Shown in pieces: positions 10,879 to 20,572 of a DNA stretch of 64,000 bases. The notes below the pieces were generated by a model, which did not search any database, was not told the DNA's origin, and saw only the letters and a program-made list of their open reading frames with translations. Position 1 is the first letter of the stretch. Each line of letters opens with the position of its first letter. The DNA is from Candidatus Cloacimonadales bacterium (GTDB lineage: Bacteria; Cloacimonadota; Cloacimonadia; Cloacimonadales; JAIOQZ01): assembly GCA_963662655.2 (NCBI GenBank), contig CAXXTU010000002.1:1984001-2048000 (forward strand), written 5' to 3'. Both the position numbers and the translations under genes were made by a program.

Positions 10879-12762
10879 CTATGGTATAAAGTGTTTCAGC
10901 CACGTCTCAAAACTGATGAGCGACCATATAAGCAATCGCCGGTTTTTCTCGTCGTTGAAGTGCTCTTCAATCAATTCGCGGACGGTTGATGGACGCAGGT
11001 AATCGTACACGCGCGCTTTTTTGCGGAAGAACATGTCCTCGATGTATTTTCGAGATTCCCGCCGGAACCAGGTGGCGTCCGGAGCGGAGAAACCCTGCTT
11101 GATGCCGCCGGTGAATTCTCCGGGGATGTACAGGGACAGCATTTCGCGAAGTACGATCTTGCCGTCGCGGGTCTTCTGGAAGTACTTGTCGGCCTTGCGA
11201 CCAGGCTCGTTTTCGTCCTGCCGAACCACTTCCTGCAAGTTCTTGAGCTTGTACTTCACGGGGATGGTCATGGCAAAATCGACCAGGTCGTTATCGAGGA
11301 ACGGAACCCGCGTCTCCAGCCCATGCGCCATACTGATCTTGTCGTCAACCATCAGGAGCCCGTGCAGGAAGGTCTTGCTCTCGAAGTAGAGCGAAAAGTT
11401 TACATAGTCTTCGGGCGTGATCTCCCGCGGGTTGTCTTTCACAACTCCGCCAAGAGCATGCCGGAAAATGTCGCGCGTCTGATAGTTCCACACCTCTGGG
11501 AACACATCCGGCTGGAAGAACCTCGGCTTGTAGCTGTCGGGAATCAAGCGCTGCCAGTAGCGATAGTACTTGTCGGCGTAATCGTCGAAGCTGTCGTTGG
11601 ATACTGCGCGGTAGTAACGCCAGGGATATCCCGCGAAGATTTCGTCCCCACCGGCGCCGGAGAGGGCTACTTTCACGAACTTCCCGGCCAGGCGCGACAC
11701 GTAGTAATTGGGGTAGCACTGCCCCACACGCAAATCTTCGATATGCCACACCAGATCATCCATGACCCGCTCCATGTCTCCGGCCTTGAGCACCACCTCG
11801 TAATGCTCCGTTCGCACCAGGTTGGAGAGAAATTCCGCCTTGCGACGCTCGTCGAACGACGACTCCTGCATGGATACGTCCGAGAGATCGAATCCGCAGG
11901 TGAAGGTCTTGAGGTCTGGGAAGTTTCTTGCCGCGATGCTGGTGATCGCTCCCGAATCCATGCCGCCACTGAGAAAACTGCCGATCTCCACATCGCTCAC
12001 AAGCTGTCTCGTGGTCGCCTCTTCGAACAGGCGACGAACTTCGTTCACGTAGATTTTCTCCTGCGAGAAATGCTCGACATCGCGATAGTTGAAATCCCAG
12101 TACTGGCGGATATCCAGTGTGGGCTTGTCGCGGCGGTCGAGAACGGCGAAATGACCGGGCTGAAGGATATGGATGTGCTCGAACAACGTCAGATCGGAGA
12201 ATACGTTCTGGAACGAGAAGTACTCGTTCAGGGCGCGGATGTCCACGCGGGGATTCACCTCGGGATGCGTGAGGATCGCCTTGATCTCGGAAGCGAATAC
12301 AAGGATTCCGCCCCGATTGTAGTAGTAAAGCGGCTTGATGCCGTAGCGATCCCGCGCCAGGAAGAGCTTCTGCCCGGCCTGATCCCATATCGCAAAAGCG
12401 AACATACCGTTGAACCGATGCACGCAATCAGCGCCCCATTGGCGATAGGCCTTCAGTACGACTTCCGTGTCCGAATCGGAGAAAAAGCTATGCCCCAAGC
12501 GTTGGAGCTCCGTACGAAGGTCTTGAAAATTGTAGATTTCACCGTTGTAGACGATGATGTGGTTGCCATCCTCGCTTTGCATCGGCTGACTGGCCCGATC
12601 GCTCAGGTCGATGATCGCCAGACGCGTATGCCCCAGCCCGACAGGCCCCTTCACCCACCAGCTTTCGCCATCCGGCCCACGATGGCGGATGGTTCGCGTC
12701 ATGTTCTTCATCAGCGAAAGGCTGACGGGTTGTTGGTCGAGGACTCCGGCAATTCCGCACAT
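10879..12762 (-). CDS. asnB: Asparagine synthase (glutamine-hydrolysing) family amidotransferase, probably acting on glycan
   Basis: MCGI Ntn N-terminus, HRGPD, RLAIID, NGEIYN, LSGGMDS, SGAGGDE, RVPFLD. Confidence 0.92.
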   Translation of the reverse strand: MCGIAGVLDQQPVSLSLMKNMTRTIRHRGPDGESWWVKGPVGLGHTRLAIIDLSDRASQPMQSEDGNHIIVYNGEIYNFQDLRTELQRLGHSFFSDSDTEVVLKAYRQWGADCVHRFNGMFAFAIWDQAGQKLFLARDRYGIKPLYYYNRGGILVFASEIKAILTHPEVNPRVDIRALNEYFSFQNVFSDLTLFEHIHILQPGHFAVLDRRDKPTLDIRQYWDFNYRDVEHFSQEKIYVNEVRRLFEEATTRQLVSDVEIGSFLSGGMDSGAITSIAARNFPDLKTFTCGFDLSDVSMQESSFDERRKAEFLSNLVRTEHYEVVLKAGDMERVMDDLVWHIEDLRVGQCYPNYYVSRLAGKFVKVALSGAGGDEIFAGYPWRYYRAVSNDSFDDYADKYYRYWQRLIPDSYKPRFFQPDVFPEVWNYQTRDIFRHALGGVVKDNPREITPEDYVNFSLYFESKTFLHGLLMVDDKISMAHGLETRVPFLDNDLVDFAMTIPVKYKLKNLQEVVRQDENEPGRKADKYFQKTRDGKIVLREMLSLYIPGEFTGGIKQGFSAPDATWFRRESRKYIEDMFFRKKARVYDYLRPSTVRELIEEHFNDEKNRRLLIWSLISFETWLKHFIP

Positions 12763-12763
12763 G

Positions 12764-13948
12764 TTACACCTTCTTTTCTTTCAATCGATCAAACACTTCG
12801 TCGATCTCATCATCCGTGATACCCGGAAAGAACGGTAGCGCCACGCTGAGGCGGTCCGCAGCGTATGCCGTGATGAAGTCGGACGGCTTCAGACTGTATT
12901 TCTCGCGATAGAGTTTCTGGATATGCACCGCGTGCGTTCCCTGGCGGGTCGCAATACCCTCTTCCTCGAGCTCGTACATCACCTTGTTGCGTTCGGCGTT
13001 CAGAGCATCGATCTTTTCAAGATCGCCCCGGAGTATCGCATCGAAGGATTCCTCCGGCTTGAACCAGGTCACGTACGCCTGATAGCCGTGGAAATAGCCA
13101 TCGGGAACGTGTGGCGCTCTGAGCCATGAAATTTCCTCGATGCGTTTTTTATATTCCTTCGCAAGACCCTGCTTGATCTCCATGATGGCATCGAGCTTCT
13201 TCGCCTGCGCCACTCCGAGCGCTCCCTGGAAATCGGTCATGCGGTAGTTGTAGCCCAGCTCGGCGTATTCTGTGAGGAGGAAGCTTCCCTTCGAGTGATG
13301 GCGGTCGTAATCCGTCCGGACCGCTCCGTGATCGCGCAGGCTTGCGGATCTCGTCGCGACCTCTTCCCTGCGTGTGATGATCATCCCGCCTTCGCCGGTG
13401 GTGATCGATTTTCGCGGATGGAACGAGAGCACGCCGCCCTCGCCGAAGGTGCCGCAGTGTTTGCCGTCGATCCTGCCACCCAAGCCGCATGCGCAGTCCT
13501 CAATAACCTTCAGGTTGTAAGCTCCGGCAAGACGCATGACTTCCGGCATGTTCGCACAGAGCCCGAACAGATGCACGGGATAGATCGCACGAGTCTTGGA
13601 GGTAATGAGCGCTTCGATCCGGCTCACATCGATATTGAAGGTCTTCGGATCAATATCGCAGAAGACGGCTTTCGCGCCCAGGAATTCCACCGAATTGGCG
13701 GTGGAAACCCAGGTAAACGCCGGTACGATCACTTCGTCCCCGGGCTGAAGATCGATCACGCGAGAGAGGATGAACTGCCCGGAAGTGCAGGAGTTGACCG
13801 CAACGCCGTGCGCTGCGCCGGTGAACGCGGTGATCAAACCTTCGAATTCTTTCACGTAGGGTCCTTGCACCACCCAGCCGGTTTCCAGCGGCTTCGTGAT
13901 CAGTTCTTTCTCGGTCTCGTCGAAATAGGGTCTTGTAATGGGTATCAT
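12764..13948 (-). CDS. DegT/DnrJ/EryC1/StrS family PLP sugar aminotransferase
   Basis: NSCTSG, IEDCAC, SFHPRKSITTGEGG, GYNYRMTD. Confidence 0.93.
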   Translation of the reverse strand: MIPITRPYFDETEKELITKPLETGWVVQGPYVKEFEGLITAFTGAAHGVAVNSCTSGQFILSRVIDLQPGDEVIVPAFTWVSTANSVEFLGAKAVFCDIDPKTFNIDVSRIEALITSKTRAIYPVHLFGLCANMPEVMRLAGAYNLKVIEDCACGLGGRIDGKHCGTFGEGGVLSFHPRKSITTGEGGMIITRREEVATRSASLRDHGAVRTDYDRHHSKGSFLLTEYAELGYNYRMTDFQGALGVAQAKKLDAIMEIKQGLAKEYKKRIEEISWLRAPHVPDGYFHGYQAYVTWFKPEESFDAILRGDLEKIDALNAERNKVMYELEEEGIATRQGTHAVHIQKLYREKYSLKPSDFITAYAADRLSVALPFFPGITDDEIDEVFDRLKEKKV

Positions 13949-14946
13949 TTTCCTTCCATGGATTTCCGGCGCATGAGCACCTGTTCCTTGTGCTTGCTAC
14001 GCCAATCGATGAGGCTCTTCAAGCCTTCCGTCAAGTCGGTTTTTGCCACGAAGCCGGTCTCTTCGGTCAGCTTCTTCGTTGATCCGATGCGGTGGGTGAC
14101 AAACGTCGGGCCCTCCGGCTCATACCGGATTTCGAGATTGGAGCCGGTTTGATCGAGCAGCATCTGGCAGATTTCCTTGATGGACGTCCCGATACCGGTT
14201 CCGACATTGTAGCAGACGTTGTTCGAGTCCGCCTTGAGCGCTGCGATATTGGCTCTTGCGATGTCGCGAACGTAAATGAAGTCGTACGACTGCGAACCGT
14301 CGCCGTAAACCACCGGCGCTTCCCCGCGATCAATGCGATCGAGGATTTTCATCATCACCGCGATGTAGGTGCCGCGGTAATCCTGCCTGGGACCGTAGAC
14401 GTTCATGTAACGCAGCCCCACCTGATTGAGTCCGTACCGGTGGTGGTAAGCGATGGCGAGATGCTCGTCGGCAATCTTGGTCGCGCCGTAGAACGTGGTG
14501 TTGTTGTAGGGATGATCCTCGGTCATGGGGATTTCCAGCGCGTTGCCGTAGACCGATGCCGAAGACGACCACACGAGCTTTTTCACCTGGTGCTTGCGGC
14601 AGGCTTCCAGCACGTTGAAGAATCCCCGCACGTTCACCTCGAAAGCCGATTCCGGGAACTCGTAGCAGTGCAGCAGCCAAAGCGCCGCGGTGTGGATTAC
14701 ATAGTCCACGCCTTCCATCGCGCGATCGAGGATGTCGCGGTCGCGGATGTCGCCTCCGAGCGGATAGATATGGCAGCGATCATCCCGCAGGCTTTCTTCG
14801 ATGTTCTCCCGCGTACCGCGCGTGAAGTTATCGTAGATGACAACCTCGCGAACATCTTCCCTGAGCAATTCTTCCACGATGTGCGATCCGATGAATCCGG
14901 CCCCGCCGATCACCATGACCTTTGCGTCCTTGAGATCAAACATCAT
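13945..14946 (-). CDS. NAD-dependent nucleotide-sugar epimerase/dehydratase (extended SDR)
   Basis: GGAGFIG, SSSASVYG, YGATK (YxxxK), RYMNVYGPRQ. Confidence 0.93.
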   Translation of the reverse strand: MMFDLKDAKVMVIGGAGFIGSHIVEELLREDVREVVIYDNFTRGTRENIEESLRDDRCHIYPLGGDIRDRDILDRAMEGVDYVIHTAALWLLHCYEFPESAFEVNVRGFFNVLEACRKHQVKKLVWSSSASVYGNALEIPMTEDHPYNNTTFYGATKIADEHLAIAYHHRYGLNQVGLRYMNVYGPRQDYRGTYIAVMMKILDRIDRGEAPVVYGDGSQSYDFIYVRDIARANIAALKADSNNVCYNVGTGIGTSIKEICQMLLDQTGSNLEIRYEPEGPTFVTHRIGSTKKLTEETGFVAKTDLTEGLKSLIDWRSKHKEQVLMRRKSMEGK

Positions 14947-15050
14947 CTCTCCTTTATATCTATTATTTTCAAACTATTTCGTACCGTCATGGCCATTCTT
15001 CCTGTCATCCTGAGCTATCTGATTCTTGTAACCATGAGTTTCCATATTAC

Positions 15051-15120
15051 TGTCATCCTGAGCGGAGTAGAAGGGGCATTCAATATATTTATCCATCCTT
15101 CGACTCCGCTCAGGATGACA
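15051..15120. repeat. REP/MITE-like palindromic element
   Basis: 24-bp inverted repeats TGTCATCCTGAGCGGAGTAGAAGG / CCTTCGACTCCGCTCAGGATGACA (1 mismatch) around a 22-bp spacer; a partial arm also lies at 15003-15015. Confidence 0.85.
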
Positions 15121-15189
15121 TGAAGGAAGAGTCCAGCAAGGCTGACATTAACGAAAACCCAGGGTGACAATGCCTACCCACAATCCTTC

Positions 15190-16248
15190 TCACACAACCT
15201 TCTTCACCTGCACCAGATAGTACGGCGCGATCGTATACTTGCAAACGCCCGGCAGCCTGCGGATCAGATGGTTCCACAGCGGAGCCAGCTTGATCATCAG
15301 GAACCTCATCCACGGATAAATCAGCGATACGATTCGATCGTCGGAGGCGTTGTCGTATTGACTGTACTGCCCCCCACTTTCGGGATAGTATCCCGGCTCG
15401 GTCCGCACCGCGTCGAAATGCTCCCGCAATCTCTTCGCGAGCTTGAAAAAGTTCACCGAATGCTCGCCCCAGTTGCCGGTTTCGGGATCGCAGGTGTCCG
15501 TCCAGAACGGCGGCACTGGCTGTATGCCCGTTCGATTGTAAAACAATACCGCCTTCTCAATATCGTCCCTGCGCAAGCCACGAGTCTTTTTAACCAGCAT
15601 TTCGAGATTGTCCGCATCGGGGATCATCTCCTGAATCATCTTCCTGCGAGCTTCCCTTCGCGAGATCATGTTGGGCGTACCTTTCTTCTCCCAGAGTAGC
15701 TGCCTGCGGGTGTTGAAGAACAGAATCACCGGGTTGAGCCAGTTTGCGCCGGAGGCCATGAGGATGGTTCCCCCAGGGTTCAACGTCTCTCCCAGCGCGA
15801 GAAAAGCATCCAGCGGCTTGTAGAGGTGCTCCAGAACGTCATAATTGAGGATTACGTCGTACTTCTTGCGTCTATCCAGGTCTTCGTATCCGCCGGCCAC
15901 GGTTTCCGCAAGCGGCAGATTCATCGCCGCCGCAACGATCTTCACACCCTCGCACATCTCGGGATTGATATCCAGATAAGTGACCTTCCCCACTCCCACA
16001 AGGAGCGCCATAAACGAGAGAATTCCGGTTCCGCCACCGAAATCGAGCAGGGAGACGCGGTCCAGTTCCCGGAACTTGAGCGCTTTCTGCAGGATGTAGC
16101 GATAGCGCACGACCACCGAATCATACTCGCGGATATACACTTGCAGATACTTCCTATATACGGGGTAACTCTCCAGCAGGTGCATATCCACCGACTGGAG
16201 TCGCTTCTTCAGCTCAAGCGTCGCTTGAGAAAAAACAAATTCTTTCAT
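15190..16248 (-). CDS. Class I SAM-dependent methyltransferase
   Basis: LLDFGGGTG motif I, YLD, DVLEHL, LNPGG. Confidence 0.85.
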   Translation of the reverse strand: MKEFVFSQATLELKKRLQSVDMHLLESYPVYRKYLQVYIREYDSVVVRYRYILQKALKFRELDRVSLLDFGGGTGILSFMALLVGVGKVTYLDINPEMCEGVKIVAAAMNLPLAETVAGGYEDLDRRKKYDVILNYDVLEHLYKPLDAFLALGETLNPGGTILMASGANWLNPVILFFNTRRQLLWEKKGTPNMISRREARRKMIQEMIPDADNLEMLVKKTRGLRRDDIEKAVLFYNRTGIQPVPPFWTDTCDPETGNWGEHSVNFFKLAKRLREHFDAVRTEPGYYPESGGQYSQYDNASDDRIVSLIYPWMRFLMIKLAPLWNHLIRRLPGVCKYTIAPYYLVQVKKVV

Positions 16249-17459
16249 TCTGTATCCTTCCCGCCTGTAACCTTTTGCGGAGTCGAAGGGGCATTACCTT
16301 TTCCTGTCATCCTGAGCGGAGTCGAAGGGGCATCTCTCCCCAGTACTCTCGCGAACACATCCAGGTATTCGTCCGCCGCTTTCTCGATGCTGTATCGCTC
16401 TCGGATCAGCTTGCGGCAATTCCCGCTCATCTCCAGCGATAGCTCCGGCCTCCGGCTCAGCTCTTCAAGCTTCTTCGCCACCGCTGCAATGTCATCGGTA
16501 TCAACCTGATAGCCTGTCACTCCATCGACCACGAAATCCGCCATTCCGGGGGATTTTGAGCCGATTACAGGCAGCCCGAAGGAGTATGCTTCCAAGCCGG
16601 CCATCGACATCCCCTCAACCTTCGAGAGAAGAAGCAGATAATGCGCCTTCCGCATCCACCGGTGCACATACTCACGATCCTGCCAGCCGTGAAAACGCAC
16701 CTTTCCGGTGAGGCCGAGCTCGTCCACCTGCCTGCTGAGCATCTCGTACAACGGGCCATCGCCTATGATCTCCAGACGGAAATCGCCGGTAAGCCTCGAA
16801 AGCGCAACAAGGATCAGGGGCAGGTTCTTCTCGAAAGAGAGCCGTCCGATGAACAGGAACGTGGTCACATCCGGCTTTCTCTCGCCCGATACCGGTTGTA
16901 GCGGAACCGCGTTTTCAATCACCTCCACGCCGAACTCCGGAAAGACCTGCTGCGCCATGTCCGCGAGGTCCTTGCTCACGGCCACTCTCGCGGCAGCTTT
17001 GAGGCCAATCATACGGGCAATGGGCTTGAACAGGCGAAACTTGCCTGCAAGCTCCTTCACCAGGAAGGAGTGAATATCCCCACCGCGAAACGACAGCACG
17101 TATGGCGCTGCGCTGAAGATTTTTCCAAAGTATGGAATCGAGCCGGTGGGAAGCAGGAAAAAAGTCAGCACGACATCCGGTTTCCAGCCCAGCAGCAACC
17201 ACAGGTAAGGAAGCCAGGCAAACTTGAGAAACATGAACATCTGAAAAATCCCGCTACGATCCTTGTGCCTGCGGAAACATGGCACGCGGAACACCTTGAA
17301 GCCATCGTTGCTTTCATACAAGGGCAATCCCCGATAATGCGACGTCAATACGCGCACATCGTGGCCTCTTTGTGCAAACTGCCGGGCAAGGAGTCGCGTC
17401 TGCGCTGCGGCTCCACCCCCAAGCGGAGGATATTCGTAATTCAGGAGCAGTATTTTCAT
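16245..17459 (-). CDS. Glycosyltransferase family 4
   Basis: MKILLLNYEYPPLGGG, IGRLSFEKN, EGMSMAGLEAYSFGLPVI (EX7E); ATG at 17459 overlaps the upstream TGA. Confidence 0.92.
   Translation of the reverse strand: MKILLLNYEYPPLGGGAAAQTRLLARQFAQRGHDVRVLTSHYRGLPLYESNDGFKVFRVPCFRRHKDRSGIFQMFMFLKFAWLPYLWLLLGWKPDVVLTFFLLPTGSIPYFGKIFSAAPYVLSFRGGDIHSFLVKELAGKFRLFKPIARMIGLKAAARVAVSKDLADMAQQVFPEFGVEVIENAVPLQPVSGERKPDVTTFLFIGRLSFEKNLPLILVALSRLTGDFRLEIIGDGPLYEMLSRQVDELGLTGKVRFHGWQDREYVHRWMRKAHYLLLLSKVEGMSMAGLEAYSFGLPVIGSKSPGMADFVVDGVTGYQVDTDDIAAVAKKLEELSRRPELSLEMSGNCRKLIRERYSIEKAADEYLDVFARVLGRDAPSTPLRMTGKGNAPSTPQKVTGGKDTE
16266..16333. repeat. Two tandem arms of the REP-like element inside the 3' end of the GT4 gene
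   Basis: Degenerate TGTAACCTTTTGCGGAGTCGAAGGGGCAT (16266-16294) and intact TGTCATCCTGAGCGGAGTCGAAGGGGCAT (16305-16333). Confidence 0.85.
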
Positions 17460-18499
17460 CGTTGCATCCGTTCTAACTGGTACAGGTTTTCGCGAAAATC
17501 GTTGCGGGAGGGGTCCAGTTGGATGGCCTTGACAATCCACTCCTTCGCGTGGGAGAAGTCACCCAATTTCCAGCGGCACACCCCCAGGTTGTTCGCGATA
17601 TCGGCGTTCGCGGTATCGAGACGAAACATCGACATGAACACTTTTTCCGCGCCGGAGATATCACCCTGTGTGAAAAGGATTTGCGCTCTTTCCATCAATG
17701 CATCGTTGGAGGCTTGAACCGCTTGCGGTTTCTCCTTGTCCAAAAGCCCTTCGAACTCGGTTCCCGCCAGCGAGGAAACCAGTTCGTCGTAGTTCACGAT
17801 AATATCTTCAATTCGGCTGGGATTCGTTTTGCGGATGGGGCTCTCCAGGTCATAGCGTTCTCTCCCCTCGCCGAGGAAAGAGAAGATGGAGTGCAGAACC
17901 TCGGGTTTCATGGTCTGCGATTCCTCACTGTTGTCGAAGAAATCCTCGTAGTAGAGGGTGAGGGTCTCGAAGTGCTTGGGCAGAAATTCGGCGAAATACT
18001 CGATCTCCCGCTTGCGCTTGGCCAGCTCGTTGTGCAGCCGTTCGTCGGTATTGATCCGAATGCGAATGGGATCGTACTTCTTCAAATCGTGCGCCTTGCG
18101 GCCCCGGCTCTGCTTCTCGATGTTCACCAGGAGGGAAATGTAAGTCTTCAGGTAGTTTCGTCGAATCAGGTGAATCATTTTCACACTATATTCCGCCAGG
18201 AGATCTTCCAGCTTCGCCAGCGTATTGAACTGGTCATACTTGATATCGTAGCCGACATGCGGTTCGTCGTGAGCAGCGTAAAACCGGTTGAAGTACTGCC
18301 GGAACAGATTTGCGGCGTGCTTGTGGACGAGATACTTGTCCTCTTTGCGGATCGCTTCCAGCCACAGCCGGGGAAACGAATCCCCACGGTCCGGCAACAA
18401 CAGCTCGCCCGTGCAAAAAATATTCGGATGCGCGTTGAGCAACGTCTCCAGAAATCCGGTACCCGATCGCTGCTTGGAAGCTACGATGAATCGACTCAT
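17456..18499 (-). CDS. Sulfotransferase (Stf0/NodH-like) with C-terminal TPR
   Basis: QRSGTGFL, LNAHPNIFCTGE, IHLIRRNYL, LYYED; TPR NNLGVCRWKLGDFSHAKEWIVKAIQLDP. Confidence 0.8.
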   Translation of the reverse strand: MSRFIVASKQRSGTGFLETLLNAHPNIFCTGELLLPDRGDSFPRLWLEAIRKEDKYLVHKHAANLFRQYFNRFYAAHDEPHVGYDIKYDQFNTLAKLEDLLAEYSVKMIHLIRRNYLKTYISLLVNIEKQSRGRKAHDLKKYDPIRIRINTDERLHNELAKRKREIEYFAEFLPKHFETLTLYYEDFFDNSEESQTMKPEVLHSIFSFLGEGRERYDLESPIRKTNPSRIEDIIVNYDELVSSLAGTEFEGLLDKEKPQAVQASNDALMERAQILFTQGDISGAEKVFMSMFRLDTANADIANNLGVCRWKLGDFSHAKEWIVKAIQLDPSRNDFRENLYQLERMQR

Positions 18500-18525
18500 A
18501 TTTCACTCCTGTGTATCAAAAACCT

Positions 18526-18634
18526 TGTCATCCTGAGCTGTGATTTTCTCGCGCAGCGAGATAAATCGAATCTCTCAACGGAGTCGAAGGATGGTAATAT
18601 ATTGAATGACCCTTCGACTACGCTCAGGGTGACA
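18526..18634. repeat. REP/MITE-like element (reverse orientation to 15051 copy) with a ~40-bp insertion in one arm
   Basis: TGTCATCCTGAGC [insert] GGAGTCGAAGG ... CCTTCGACTACGCTCAGGGTGACA; the spacer is the reverse complement of a close variant of the 15051 spacer. Confidence 0.8.
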
Positions 18635-18654
18635 GTAAGGAATATCAACATACA

Positions 18655-20568
18655 CTACCCATAATTTTCTCTCCACTTCTCGAACACATACAGCGCCCAG
18701 AGGGGCTTGCGGTTGTCCCTTTTCCCCTCCAGGTGCTCATCGAGAAGTCTTCGGACTACCTCCGACCGGAATATCCCTGCTCGATCGATTCTCTCCGGAC
18801 AGAATATCCGTTCCATCTCGTCGCGTAAGTCGTTCTTGATCCACTTCGCGAGCGGTATCCCGAATCCCTTCTTCTTCCGGTAGAGAATCTCGTGGGGAAG
18901 GCGACTTTCCAACGCCTTCTTCAGGAGATACTTGCGGATGGTTCTCTTCATCTTGAAGCGTGAGGGTAGATTGTTGGCGAATTCGGCGAACTCCACGTCC
19001 AGGAAGGGCGTTCGGGCCTCCAACGAAACCATCATGCTGGCGCGGTCGACCTTAGTGAGGATATCCTCCGCAAGATAGAATCGCTGGTAGTTCCAGCCAA
19101 CCTCGTCCAGCCAGTCGCGAAAGGCCATCTTGCGAGCCTCCTCTTCAATCTGCTCGTAGGGATTCATATCGGCGATTTCGTGAAGAACCTCCGGTGTGAG
19201 GATATCTCTCTGCTGCTGTGGCGTGAACGCACCAAGCCATACCTGGTTGCGGACGCCTCGCGGATGATAGACACCCTTGAGAAAATGCTTGATCTTGAAA
19301 TCGAAGCTCATGTTACGGGTGGATACCGGCAGCTTCATCGCCAACGGCTTCAAGATGCTTCGATGCAGGAATTCCGGTATCATCTCATAGCGATCCGCCC
19401 AGTAGTGCGCCAGGAAAGGATCGTACCCCGCGAAAAGCTCGTCTCCGCCATCCCCGCCAAGGGCAACGGTCACATGCTTCCGCGTGAAGCGCGATAGCAG
19501 ATATGTGGGGATGATCGACGCGTCTGCGAAGGGTTCGTCCAGCTTCGACCATATCTCCGGCTGGATGTCCAGCATCGTTTTGGCTGTCAGGATATCCTCA
19601 TGGTGATCCGTACCGAATTTCCGGGCGACCTGCCTCGCCCAGTTCGATTCATCGAAGCTCTGTTCCTGGAAACCGATGGAGAATGTCTTGATGTTCCCGG
19701 CCGGCATCATCTCGGATAGGAGCGCGATCATGCTGCTGGAATCGATTCCGCCGCTCAGGAAGACGCCCAGCGGAACATCGCTCATCAGGCGCCGCTCCAC
19801 CGAGCGTTTGAGAAGCTCGATCAGCTCCTCGCCCAAAATACGCTCATCCTTACAGATGCCTTTTCCACCGAAGCGGGGCTCCCAGTACGGTTCGATCTTC
19901 GATGTACCGTTCTGCCAGACCAGCAAGTTACCTTGCGGAAGCTTGCGAATTCCCTTGTATATACTGTATGGAGCCGGCAGGTATTCGAAAGCCAGATACC
20001 GGCTCAAAGACTCGCAATCGAGCTCCGGCTGGATATGCGGATGCCGATGCAGTGATTTCAGTTCAGAAGCGAACGCGATGCCTTCCGCATACTCGCAATA
20101 GTACAGCGGTTTTTGCCCGAAGCGGTCCCTCGCCAGAATCAATCGTTCTTTCTTCGCGTCCCAAATCGCCAGGGAGAACATGCCGTTCATCCGGTTGATG
20201 AAATCGATGCCGTGTTCCTGATACCCGTGAACAATTACCTCTGTGTCTGTTTCGGACACGAAGGAATAACCTTTCGCGATCAGGTCCTCGCGCAACGTGA
20301 GGAAATTGTAGATTTCACCGTTGAACGTGATCCAGATATCGCCATCCGCGTTGGACATCGGCTGCCGCCCCGCATCGGAGAGATCGATGATGCTCAACCT
20401 CCGGTGACCCAGGCCGACAAACCACGGTGAATCCGCTACGAAGGCGCCGTTCGGGCGCAGGAATGTCCCTCGAGCGTCCGGACCGCGGTGCTCCAGCGCA
20501 TCGGTCATGCTGTCGAGATATTCACTGCCGATCTCGCGGCGGCTGATAAAACCGGTTATTCCACACAT
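18655..20568 (-). CDS. asnB: Second asparagine synthase family amidotransferase
   Basis: MCGI, HRGPD, RRLSIID, NGEIYN, LSGGIDS, GDGGDE, KVDRASM, RTPFLD. Confidence 0.92.
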   Translation of the reverse strand: MCGITGFISRREIGSEYLDSMTDALEHRGPDARGTFLRPNGAFVADSPWFVGLGHRRLSIIDLSDAGRQPMSNADGDIWITFNGEIYNFLTLREDLIAKGYSFVSETDTEVIVHGYQEHGIDFINRMNGMFSLAIWDAKKERLILARDRFGQKPLYYCEYAEGIAFASELKSLHRHPHIQPELDCESLSRYLAFEYLPAPYSIYKGIRKLPQGNLLVWQNGTSKIEPYWEPRFGGKGICKDERILGEELIELLKRSVERRLMSDVPLGVFLSGGIDSSSMIALLSEMMPAGNIKTFSIGFQEQSFDESNWARQVARKFGTDHHEDILTAKTMLDIQPEIWSKLDEPFADASIIPTYLLSRFTRKHVTVALGGDGGDELFAGYDPFLAHYWADRYEMIPEFLHRSILKPLAMKLPVSTRNMSFDFKIKHFLKGVYHPRGVRNQVWLGAFTPQQQRDILTPEVLHEIADMNPYEQIEEEARKMAFRDWLDEVGWNYQRFYLAEDILTKVDRASMMVSLEARTPFLDVEFAEFANNLPSRFKMKRTIRKYLLKKALESRLPHEILYRKKKGFGIPLAKWIKNDLRDEMERIFCPERIDRAGIFRSEVVRRLLDEHLEGKRDNRKPLWALYVFEKWRENYG

Positions 20569-20572
20569 ATCC

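Noticed and set aside
11323..12819. Long antisense ORFs (also 347-1279, 9763-10989, 20927-22330, 49902-51077, 53473-54846, 61523-62557)
   Set aside because: They mirror well-supported genes on the other strand and show no motifs; this is expected from codon bias
15003..18634. Repeats as a CRISPR array
   Set aside because: Copies are dispersed and mostly inverted, with no regular unique spacers and no cas genes
10879..20568. Two asnB genes as asparagine biosynthesis
   Set aside because: Their position among nucleotide-sugar enzymes points to glycan amidation; the symbol marks the family only
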